Source of the DNA: Raillietiella orientalis
Taxonomy: Eukaryota
Direction: 5' to 3'
DNA length: 64,000 nucleotides
NCBI GenBank assembly: GCA_036172245.1
Contig: JAYWIR010000031.1
Coordinates: 2,232,001 to 2,296,000, forward strand
A program made the translations under genes and the position numbers. This document shows positions 34,150-45,149 of this stretch, in pieces. The first letter of the stretch is position 1. Each line of letters starts with the position of its first letter. The notes beneath the pieces were generated by a model. The model was not told the origin of the DNA. It saw only the letters and a program-made list of their open reading frames with translations, and searched no databases.

Positions 34150-36400
34150 CTCGAACGGTCATCCAAATCCAAATTTCTTGAAGGCAGGCGAGTCTCCTCG
34201 GAAAGAGAAAGTCGGTAATTCCTGTCAGTTGATGACTCTTTACCAATTACCACTACAATTCATTACCGATACTTTACCAATCTGGGAGCCGCGGACGAAG
34301 GAAACATTACAAACAGTGCTGCATGATTGCCTTCACTACTCATTGTCCTTACTAAACTATGGATATGGACATACCGTCCTCTGATGGCACATTGCCGTGA
34401 AGGTCAATGTCACCCATGAGTGAACGGAAATGCTGGCGTAGCATACAGGAACAAGAACAAAAACTGGGAAAGACTGCTATGTCGTGGGAGCATTGGAACG
34501 GATAGGAGAAGCTTTTTTTTTATTTGCATTAAGAATTTCAATCTTGGGATGCCCTTTAGCTGGAAAAAAAAAAAAAATGAAATAAAAGCATCCTGAAGAT
34601 TCACTTTCAAAGGTGGGAAAATGACACTTGGCAAGTGAATGCTGTTCTGGAAGAATATACGGCGTACACGTTGCGTATGTGTGTGAGTGCAGATGGGACT
34701 TAGGGATCAGTCTTTCCCATACATCTTCAACGCACAGACGCACCGGCGAAATTTCCTGCCGCAGGGCGTCATGACATCCTACTTAAACACCCAGTCGTGA
34801 ACTGTGTTTTCTGTGAGCACAGCGCCGGGCTGCAGTGATTTCGAACGGCGTCGGTGCGAAGAAGAATGGCGGTTTCCATGAATACGTAGGCAAACTGCGA
34901 TTCCCTTCTTTCTTCTGTTGGCTGACTGTTACACGCACGATGGTTACACACATGTTGCCACGAGCATGCGTGCAAATTTTCTTGCGTTTGGCTTTTCGGC
35001 TTTTTTTTTTTTTTCTCCCGACTTCTCCGATTTGCAGACTCTGAGATGTCCGACTTGAATCACGCGCCTGGCCAACTGCCCATCCTGAAATCACTGCACT
35101 CGGTGCACAGAACCAAAGCAACGCTGAATCAGACCAATGGAGGGAGATGCATTTCAGTCATTTGGAATGCTCACAAGAAGTGGGTGGCGCCAAGTTCGAA
35201 CTTCCGTCTCGGATTGAAGCAACCTGGGGAACGATTCAAGGGATTGCCTTACCATGTCTTCCGACCGAGCTAAATCCATCGGGCTCATTTCTTCCGGAAG
35301 GTCCAGTTCTCTTTGTTGGGATCTTTGTTGGGATAGTTTGGTTGATAGCCGTTCCGAATTATGGCAGCTGGCCACAGCGAAGAGATCAACGGTTTCAAAC
35401 CCAAGACGTATTGGTGTTTTGTTCTTCCTCACTTCTGTTCTTTCCGGTCACCATCCGCCTTAGTGTTGTGTCCTTCATCCCTAGGTGGTTTTCGTTGTGA
35501 CTCGAATCGCGACGCCAACCAGGTTTCAAGCCGTTCTTTTAGTTGCTTTTGCTCCTGCTGCTGGTTCCTTCTTCGATGGTGACCATCTACTGTGCCTTCT
35601 TGAACACCTGACAAGGAGAATAAGAATGACGATAGGTAACAGGCGAGTAAGAAGAGTCGGGCATTTGTTACGACTAACAAAACTTTTTAATTTGGGACAA
35701 TGCTTTCAGACTTTTGGCGTCGAGGGCGCCTGGTACCAAGAGCAACGGCCATCCTATGCGAGAACCATGGTAAGCCTTGGCGAAATCGTGACTTTCCTAT
35801 CGTTAGGGTCCTTGGCTGGTGCTCTTGACCCGTTACCTCCACTTTGTGGCAAAGTCCAATACGATTCAGTAAAGAGGTCGATGGGTGACGGTGCTGAACT
35901 CCCTGCGCCTGCATGTCTCGGATGATGTTCCAGATCTGCGTCGGGGTTGCTCTCTTTCTTGGGAGGTCCACTTTGGAGAGAATGCAAATCGGAAGAGACC
36001 CATAGGTTCCTGCCCTTTTCTGCCCGGAAGACAGTCCGGTTTCTGACGCGTCCCCAGCCTGGTTCCCTACTTTTGTGATGGGGCCATCTGGGAAGTGATT
36101 AAAGGGTATATCGAAAAGATCATGCATCCGTGCGCTTCCCTGGGATGACTTCGCATGCGAGAAACTGCGAGATGCTTTCCTCCTCGAGTCAAAAAAGACG
36201 ATGTCTTCTTTCTGTCCGTACTCTATCCTCCTTGGAGGACCGGAGGAGGAAGCTCCAGGGCTACGCTTGTAGACAGAGGAGCAAAACCGACCCGGGCTTC
36301 CACTTTCCCGGTTCGTCACGCGGCGGTAGAAAGGAGGCCCCTATCATCTGGTCGCTTTCGTAGCCGCGCGGAAGGTTCAGGGATGTCCTTGGACCTGTAC
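34150..36400 (-). mobile_element. L1/Tx1-like RT remnant
   Basis: ORF 35687-36319 reads ILSKVDLPRK..QIWNIIRDMQAQG..VEVTG..IGKSRFRQGLP (motifs A and B), then AAGAKAT. Confidence 0.65.
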
Positions 36401-36404
36401 CTTC

Positions 36405-37081
36405 ACCGCCCGCGTCGGAGGCCGTGTGGCTGTTGAGGTCCCCGCGCGTAGCACCAAGCGTGGTGGGTTCGAGTTCCACTAGCAAGATGACTCTGGTTAG
36501 CCTGCCTTCGGGTGCCGCACTGGTAGCTGTTCAAACCGGATGCCCCCCATGAGCGGCCGGGATTGGAAGTCCTCTGGGTCCTTCCAGAAAACAGAATCAA
36601 GGAGTGGGTAGTTCCTCTCCGGTTGTGCAAAGGAGCCGTCTCATCCCCCTCGTGGATGGATTCTCCGTCTCGCACCATGATGCCTCTCCAGAGTGCAAAG
36701 GAGCGCACTGCTCCCTTCGAGGAGCTCTCTTCAGAGAAATTTCGGAAGCGACCCTTTAGGGTTCTCTTCAGAGGAGGAAACAAGGAGCGGTTCCTTTCCC
36801 AGGAATGAGAGGAACGGACTCCCTTCTCCGGAGCCCTCCCTGGATTCGTAGAGTTGTTTCCTCCAGGGGTACCCCCTATCTTGAAGAATTCCACGCACCC
36901 TCGAGTGGCGTGGAACAGCGTGAAAGAACTCGTGGGCTGCCAGGTGCGCGTGCGCGACGGCTCTTGAGGTACTCAGCGAGCCCCCCTCCCCAAAAAAAAA
37001 AAAACCCTAAAGAAAAAGAAAAAGCTGGAAGGAAAACTTCAAAGACAGCAAAGAACTCAAAAGGATTACCATCATCCTAAC
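36405..37081 (+). mobile_element. tRNA-derived SINE, copy C (complete), flanked by an 11-bp direct repeat
   Basis: Head GCCCGCGTCGGAGGCCGTGTGG..GGGTTCGAGTTCC, A-rich 3' part, CCTGTACCTTC at 36394-36404 and 37082-37092. Confidence 0.8.
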
Positions 37082-37149
37082 CCTGTACCTTCTTCCTTGG
37101 AAGCACTGCTCTTTCCACACTTGCTCTTTCGGTTCCTCTCCCTTCTCCA

Positions 37150-38000
37150 TCCCACTTTCGGATGCCCTAATTTCCTAGTGTCCCTCGGCTTGGTCGGTTC
37201 GCGAGAACGATCCTTTGGGACTCGCACCTTTCCCAGTCAGTCCTTCGCACTTTCTAATTAAAAAGGGCGCCTGCCTGTTAGAGTTAGGTCTCTCCAAGTG
37301 CATACGAGAAGCCGTGGCAGTGCAGCCAGAATTCGCCGGACTCTTCCGCACGGAAGAGTGCTCCAAATTAAGCGTCCTGAAGAGGGAAAGTGGGAAGGGA
37401 GAGGTTTCGGCTGGAGAAAGCGGCGCATGTGCGGTATTTGTGAGTGAGGTCGGTTCCTCCGTGGGAGAACGGAAGTGCGCGATCTGTAGGAAGGATTCCT
37501 CTTGTTCAGAAGAAGTGCTTCCCCTTTAGGAAGAGGCCTAACGAAAAAGGTCGCGGGGTCGAGCCGTCCTTGGAAATCGAGAAACTTCGTCGATCGAAGG
37601 ATCGATGGATTCCCGCCGCTTTGTATCGGCAACCCTAGAAGAGTGGTTTTCGCCTCCACTACCGAGTGGATCCCTAACCCTACAGATAACCAGACTTAGG
37701 CAAGGCTCAAAGGGGTTTCGCTTGCCAGGTAAGATACTGTCAGCCGTGGGTCTTGAAAAGACTGCCGAGAGCCAGGACAGTAGCTGTGTGCGCGGAGGCG
37801 AAAGTGAAGGGAGGAGAGGATGAAACTACGAAGATCAGCTAAAACAAAGCAGTTGGCAGAGGGAGACGCAAGAGGGAAAAACCTAAGCACTGGTCCCAGG
37901 ACCCAGGAGATGAATTCCGAGCGGCTCGCAGCGAAGTGGAAACGAAAAGGCACCTCTTCAGCTGCCTGAAGACTTCAAGTATTCAGTGATCAAACCGTGG
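37150..38000 (+). mobile_element. Ty3/gypsy-type integrase remnant
   Basis: Motifs: NDPLGLAPFPVS..LSKCIREAVAV, SG..VFVSE, PFRKRPNEKG..LRR, KQLAEGD..RLAAKWK (GPY/F-like). Confidence 0.55.
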
Positions 38001-39899
38001 ATATTCCAGGAAAGGCGAAGAAGGAATTGTGCACGGGAGGGACTGTTTGGAGGGAAAGAGGAAATTCAGAAGTGCAGCCCAATGATCCAAATTTCCCTCG
38101 CCTTATTCGCTGCGGGCAGTGCCGACGAGATCATCGAAGGGATACAGGAGGCTGAGAAAGACATCTCTGAAAGGAAGTTTAAAGGAGGAATAGCCCTGAG
38201 AAAGTGGGGAAACGTCTTAGCGTGGGCGTACCAGTACCTCCTCCGCAGATTGAAAAACCCGCACCCGAAGTGAAAGCCAAAACAAATATGGGAACGTGTT
38301 AGGGAAGAAGGATACAAATGACAAATAAGAGGATGCCTTTTCCGCTGTAAACAGTATTGCCAATTTATTGTAAATAATGTGAGGATTTCACGAAGAGTGA
38401 ACCAATCCTGGGATGTGCATGCGTCGGGGAAGAAGACGGGATGTATCAGCCGTTCCACTCAGTCAGGAATTTCTGAGTACCACTTGCTTTTCCACGAGAA
38501 CGATCCTCCCAGATGGCCATTATCGGGATTCATTAATTCTCCCCCTTGCACCGTCGTTACCAGCGAGGGTGTCCCTCGCACCCGAACCTGCTATTTTCAG
38601 CCAGGAAACGGTTTTTTCTTCGTCAAGGTCACGAAGTGAACTTCACAACACCTTGGGATTCTGGTATGCTGGCAATGCGGAAGGCATCTTGGTCAATGAG
38701 ATGGACGGAACGCTAAACCGAGAACCGTTGACAACATGCAATAACGGCGTCCTTTTCACGCGCGTGGAAACGCTGTGAGCTGTTCAGGGACACCTTTGCA
38801 GCGGCACACTGTCTACAGTCACGTTTTCCTGATCTTCAGTGTTCCTGGAACAGAAGAATCGAAGGAAGGGGCAGGATCGCACGAGAACACGCTCATCTGT
38901 CGCGACACGTACGAAGCGCCCTGATGCACCGCGTGGAAACAGCGACTGCAACAGCAAGATGTATCTGCAGGAGCGGAATTGCAGCCTAAGGGAAAACTCG
39001 CGGCAGATGCGTGATGCGCGCAGCCCGGGGCAACCGACGTATTGAACCCTATCCGCTGCTGCAAGGAGGGGAAGCACACGTCCCCGAAGCTTCCGGGTGA
39101 GAACGAAAGCGCTCGCCTGGGAGAGATCACGTGCACCCTGGATGCAAGCAAAGGGTTGGAAGCGCCCCTTCCGTCGACATCACTTCTGGCGGGGAGAGAA
39201 ACCTGAGTGCGGCGTGTAACTGGATCAGAATCACAGGAGCGACTCTGGGAGCACCCATACCCACCCCTGCTGAAAGAGCAACACTCCTCAGCAATCAGCT
39301 TTTTCAGGAAACGTGAAACCAGGAGCCGAGTGGCGTACGAACCCAAGGCTAGCGAAATTCGGGGAACGAATCCGGGAAAAAACAACAACAACGACAACTG
39401 CGAGAAGACCTTCCAAGAGCTGAAATGGGACCGTGAGATTCTCTGTTCTAGAAGCATTTTTGATGTTTGATTTACGCTCTGGCATGGGGCGCCAGCATCC
39501 TTATGCAACCGTGTTATAGGAGCACGCTTTCATCTTCCTGGGGAAATCCAATGTAACAAACGTGCTCGGATGCGTGGAGGCGCAGCAGGTCTGGGGGACC
39601 TACTGCGCAGGGGAAACTGTGGAAAGCGACGGGAAACACGGAAACTGGAGTGGAGTCCTGGGGATTCGCGCTCCCCGTCGTTCTCTTTGACAAATCGCCT
39701 CTCTGACTTCCTCTGCCGAAGAGAGCAGCCGGTGCTTGCTCGAAGAGATTCGATCATCCCGTGTGCCTGGCGCGCTCGAGGCAAAGCTCTCTCCGTACCC
39801 AAACCACCAGCCCACATTCGGAGCGCATCTTCCCTGCTGTTGCTCTTCGTTCCTGTCAGTCGCATTCCTTCTTGCTCGAATGCGCTCACATTCAGCCGA

Positions 39900-40750
39900 A
39901 TGCTATCCTCGCTATCAGGTTGCCTCCATATTTTTGTTCTGATGAACAACAACAAAACGGAGAAGAGCACACGGAGAGACGTACAGTGCGACAGGGGGGA
40001 GAAAGAGACGCAGAGGGGCGGGGGGAAGGGGGAGGCGATCGGCAGCAAGCAAGCAAGAAATCCCCCCGTGCCTGCCACCGACAGGGAAAACTTCCTAACG
40101 GCTGGGTTCCCTGGACTTCTCTCTGCCTACATGCGGATGGACTGCTCCGTATTATTCTGGGAAGGTCGAGAGTATAGCAGGGACCGTGGGCAGGGAGCCG
40201 GTCCGGCAGCCTCGGCTTCGGCTTTTTGCAGCCAGCGCCCCCACCTATCACTCGTTCCCTCTCACAGGGAGGAGTGCAAACGAGCCTTTCCTCCCCATCA
40301 GATCTGCGACCGACCGTCTGTGAAGCTCCGTGAAGCAAATGAGCAGAACTTTCTCCTATGCTTCCTTAATCTGGAGGACCGCTTTCCGGAAGCATGCCCT
40401 GCCAGATCTTTCCCTCTGGGAGATCATTGTCTTGCTGTCGCTCGCACGCTCGCAGCTTCCTCGAGAACGGGCAAGAACCGCCATACTTGTCAAAGCCCCT
40501 CTCTGCTTCGAACTCTGGGAATCCACAACCTCTCCCGGACCGCATCCAGGACAATCTGCATGACCCTCGGAAGATGGCGGCGCACTTGCTCTTTCAGGAT
40601 GTTCTCCTGTGTCCCAGTTCGCATCCCTAGCCCCTAGTGACTGTTGCGGGACCGCACCTCAATCCACGCTTTCCTCAGCATGTTGCCTCTTGGCTGTTCT
40701 TTTCAACCCCAACACCGATGCACGCGCCCCTTTTTGTCGCCTCCGGAACG
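39900..40750 (-). mobile_element. RTE-like LINE RT fragment
   Basis: Motifs: VEKNSQE, NILKEQ..PRVMQIV, FEAERGFDKYGGSCPF (motif B). Degraded. Confidence 0.4.
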
Positions 40751-41249
40751 GATGGGGAGCGGCGCTGGTAAGATCAGCCCACAGAGGAGGCAGGTCTCCA
40801 TGGATCCCCCCCCCCCCCCGGATCTTTTTCTCCTCGCGGCCACCCCTCAGATCGTTTCAGGAAAGCATCTCGGAGAAGCCTCCATTTCCAGCCGCACGCC
40901 CGTCCCCATGTTCTGACCCCCCGCGCGTTATTCGTGCAAGAGATTCGGTCCGCCTGCAGCTCGAAGAGCGGCGACGGGAGGCGGCACGCTTCGAGCGGGG
41001 GGGGGAGGGGGGAATTCGGGTTTCGCGTATCGGCAGCGGCACGCTTCCCCCCCCCCCCCTCCCGATGTGCCGATGCGAACAGACGGAACCGTGGTCTGCG
41101 CTGCTGCTCCTCCAGAGACGCCGTTTTTTGGCGCGCGTTCAACGAATCGCAAACGGCAGGCTCCTATTTTTAAAATAAAATAACATGAAAACATAAAAAC
41201 GGCGAAAGCAGAAGAGAAAGGACGGAGGTGGGGGGGGGGGCATTTCGTG

Positions 41250-42240
41250 GCAACCCGCCACGATCAGCGGAAATCACGCGCTCTTCCGGATCGGCCTTGA
41301 TCTCGGAAGGTGGTGGCTAGCGTCTCCCTCCCCTTCTCTCCCCCCTCCAGCCACCACTTCCCTGTAGGATTTCTCTCACGGGAGAGCCTCCGATTCGATC
41401 CTCGCAGAGCCCGCGCGGAACGCGGCAGCCGCACCCTCCCCCGCTGCGCAGCGCCCGTCCCCCTACTCACACGCGTCCCGCGTGAACGCGCGCGCGCGCG
41501 CGGGGGCCCGGCTCCGCCTGCGCTCCGACGGCGCCTGCGCGGCACACCCCTCCTCCCGAGCGAGTCCACCTGCCCGCCGGGAGCTCACCCTCGCCTTCCG
41601 CCACCGCACTGCGCACTTTCCCCCCGCTACGCGTGTTTATCCGGGGCGACCCCAGCGTCGCTCCCTTGCCGCATCGTTCGGGGCCTTAAATTTCGAGAGA
41701 GCTGCAAATAGACCGTCTGAAGATTCCAGAACACGCGTCAGCGATCAACATGTGTTAACTGGCACACGCGATCTCACGGGTAACCTTGGCTTCTGGCGCC
41801 GCGCGGTGCAGCAGCCCCGCTCTCGTTCGCCGGTGCACGGAGGCGGCAGTGGAGCGCACTCTCGGAAGTGACTGACCGGATCCGTCGTTCGCCAATCCCG
41901 CGGGTGGCACCCTGAGAGACCGCCAGGCTCGTCCGGTGCCGACCGGAATGGGATGCTGACGCGGCATCGCGGAACCGGTAAGGAATGAAAACGCTGCGGC
42001 TGCTGCACGCGGGTCGCAGCCCAGCAAAGATGGCGGGGCCGCGCGCGCGCTCGTCGGGACGCTGGAAGATCCCACGCATCGCAGCAGTGAAACCTCCGAG
42101 CCGTGCGCCTCCCGCACTTTCGGGAGCGCCCCCGTGCTTTCGGGATTTATTTATTTCCCTTGCCTACTCTCTGCCTCGTTAAACAACATGGCGCCATAAA
42201 ATTCACGTGCGGTTCCGGAAATGCCGCCGCTATCTGCTGC
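41250..42240. promoter_or_regulatory. CpG/GC-rich island with YY1/Pho-type, E-box and ETS-like motifs
   Basis: Dense CGCG runs, AAGATGGCG (~42027), AACATGGCG (~42185), CACGTG (~42204), CCGGAAA (~42215). Function is unproven. Confidence 0.3.
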
Positions 42241-42479
42241 TCCTGGGAAAATAGCGCTGGCGGACGAGGCCATGCAGTAGCAGTTCTGGAGGAAAGGGTC
42301 CCGGCAAGCTCCGGCACGGTTTCCGTCCGTTCGCCTGGAACTGTGCAAGACTGGGGTGGGGTGGGGGGGCTCCCTCTCTGGGAAGAACGCAGCGCGCACG
42401 CCTCGACCAGACAGCACATCCGAATTCCGATTCCTTTTTCAACCGCGACGCGCGAAAAATGGTGGCCGTGGTGGTGGCG

Positions 42480-44060
42480 GTTGTAACGGACGAGCTGCTT
42501 CCGACGGCGGTGCTTCGTCTTCCTTACCATAGCGTGCAGTGCAGCAGCACGGAGGAAAATCCCTCTTGAAGATGTGTCCTTTCTCACGGGAGAAATTAAA
42601 GGTCACGAAATCGCCGGGCTCTGCGAAGACTTTCCTCCATCTCTTTTTATTTATAGATCTCAGTGGCGCAACCGTTTTCAAGTTCCTCCGATCCATTGAT
42701 GCAATCTGTTTCGTTTTGTTTCTCTGTGAAGGCGTGCGTGTCACAGGTTAAGGCGATCCCCGGGAAGAGGCGTCGTCGAACGGGACGTCCGAAGTGCAAA
42801 AGAAGTCGCGAGGGTTCACCCCCATGAACTTTCGCGAAGTGATCCAAAGTGCACTGGTTCGCGGATGGAGTCTCGTGACGTATGTCTGGTGCTCCTGCTG
42901 TGGCTGCAGATCCCACAAGCCTCGCTCAGGTCAGTTGCTAAGACGCTGGCAAGACCGGGAACCTCTCCGCGGGGTCGCGGACACACGCGGGCTCTCTCCG
43001 CGTGGTTGGGTGGCTGGAAGGACCGTGCGCGCGAGGAATCTCGGCATCTGGTCTGGTGCAGTGAGAGAGTGCTGTGAGAACCGTCTCCGCCGGCGGCAGG
43101 ATTCACGGGTCTCCCGTGGCGATGCGGGGATGCACGCACAGCGTCGCAGGGAAAAGGGGCAGAGGCAGCTGAAATCCCGAATTCTGTCCTGGATTTTTTC
43201 CTTTCGTTGGGGGAACGATTCCCTCGAGTTGCTTGAAACCCTTGAGCTCGTCTCGAGGAAGATCCGGAGTCTGGAGAGAGTTTTGCTGAACGTGCAGTCC
43301 AAAGGCTCGTGGCGGAAACTCTGTGTTGCAGGGTCACATCCATCCATCCATCCTGTCTTTCCTGTGCGTTCGTTCGTACATTCATGTCGAAAAAGGATGG
43401 TCGCAATGGACCAAAAATCACGATCACGCTGATACTCGTTTATAGTTACGCATAAAAAAAAAAAAAATGCTAGGATTCGTGAGCAGTAGATTTCGGTGAT
43501 CCCAGTGCTTCCCGGAGGTTTCAAAGTCGCTGAACTCGTGTGAGAGAAAGAGCATGAGAGGAGTTTGGCATGACCCTTGGTAAGTGACCTTATCTTCAGC
43601 TCCATTTGCAGCATCCCCAAACCAAACGAAACGTGCGTGGCAGATCCCCCCCCCCCCCCGCCCCAGCGGGAAGGGCACTCAGAAAGATGAATCCCCGAAA
43701 GACTTGCCTTTACCAAGCAGCCTCTCTCATCCAGTCTTACGCAGAAGTGGGGTGTCCCAGCAAGAAGAAGCTCGCTCGGAGGCTTCCTGCGTTGTCCCGA
43801 CCCCACGAGGTAGCAGCGGAAACACCACCACCGCCTCGCCGCTCACTTTGAGGTGCGATTCCGAGTGTGTCCTTTGACGAAGGGGGAAGGGGAGAAGGCA
43901 GCAGGGAGAAAAAGGCAGGCAGGCACCCTTAGGAGGGGGGGGGGAGCGCTCGAACCTCGCCTGAACACCGGGAAGTCGTGGCACCCTTATGGACGAAGCG
44001 CAATGTTTGCTCACGGCTTTTGCCACGCCTCCGCTAGCGTAATAAAACACGATATGTTTG
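42480..44060 (-). mobile_element. pogo/Tigger-like DDE transposase remnant
   Basis: Motifs: VAKAVSK..SIRVPRLPGV (HTH_psq-like), SFGLG..KPPG, DGSHSTL (DGHxSH), VLPATQP (LP..QPLD), LFPGIA, PGDFVTF. Confidence 0.5.
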
Positions 44061-44279
44061 TGAACTTATCTGTCAAGAGAAGTGTTATCTGTGTGCTTTC
44101 CGTGAAGGCAAAGTGCAGTGTCAAAGCGTGAGTAAACGGAATTCTATAATTAATCGAATTCCCGGTTTCGAGTTGGCTACACTGTTTCGAGGATGTCCTT
44201 CACAGCGCGCTGCTGACAAATCCGTGTCTTTCACTGAATTCCGTCGCGAATCTTCGGTGGCTGCGCTTGGCTGCATCGT

Positions 44280-45035
44280 GCAGGTAAAAACACTGTTTTT
44301 GTATTGATGCGCTCCGGACTTGGCTCCCTCTTAGCCCCGAGGCTTCACTGCCTGTCTTAATTGGGATCAGAAACCGAGTTAACAGCATTTCCAGTTAGTC
44401 GACGGTGCTGTGACACTCTTTGGTGCGGTACCTCCCTCTGAGAGTCTAAGACTGGGAGATGCACGGTCGAGGCAGAGGAGGTGGAGGCTCATTTCCACGC
44501 ACGCCGTGCATCCGACGTGGTGTTGCTTGCTCGGAAAACACGAAACTGAGGATGCAAATGATTGATGCGAGCGAGGGTCGCTTTGTGTGGATGCGGCACG
44601 TCGCCGATTTCCTTTCTGGTGCAAAAATTTCGCACCATGTTCTTCATTGCTTGCGGCGGCTTGGGGGTCCGGGTTTTCCAGGCAGCCTACGGCATCGGGC
44701 ACTTCGAACTTCGTGCAAGTCGGGAAGCAATGAAACTCGGTGAAAAATACTTATCAAACGCGTGTTGGGACTTTTGGACAACATCGTGAACTCGAGGCAA
44801 ACTTCCATTCAGGTGACAGCTGAACGCGACTTCATACCGAGTATGGAAATTCAGGACTGGCGTGAAAGAATAGGCTATAAAAGATCGAAAAAGTGCGGTA
44901 AACAGAAGTACAGATTAATGTGTACGTGTCTAAGTACAGATTTTGGTGTTCGTAACTTTCCTATCCGTATCGTACTGATCCAACCTATTTCGAGAGACAG
45001 AGGTATCGTGAGAACATTGGTCGCTCCACAACATG
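44280..45035 (+). mobile_element. Possible BEL/Pao integrase tail, LTR and PBS
   Basis: VPPSESLRLGD resembles PPxxWxLG. TATAAAA at ~44876; ..AACA followed by TTGGTCGCTCC at ~45018. No second LTR was found. Confidence 0.3.
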
Positions 45036-45149
45036 GATGTCAACTGAGAACGACCGGGCAAGGAAGGAATTTGAGGGACTCGTTTTTCCTTTATTTCCTA
45101 ACATCTGGACGATTGGGGCGCTGGTAGGCCTTTCCCTGACTTGATGTGT

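Noticed and set aside
39570..40637. Longest ORF in the track (355 aa, plus)
   Set aside because: No recognisable domain, and it is antisense to an RT-like remnant; likely a shadow frame in GC-rich DNA.
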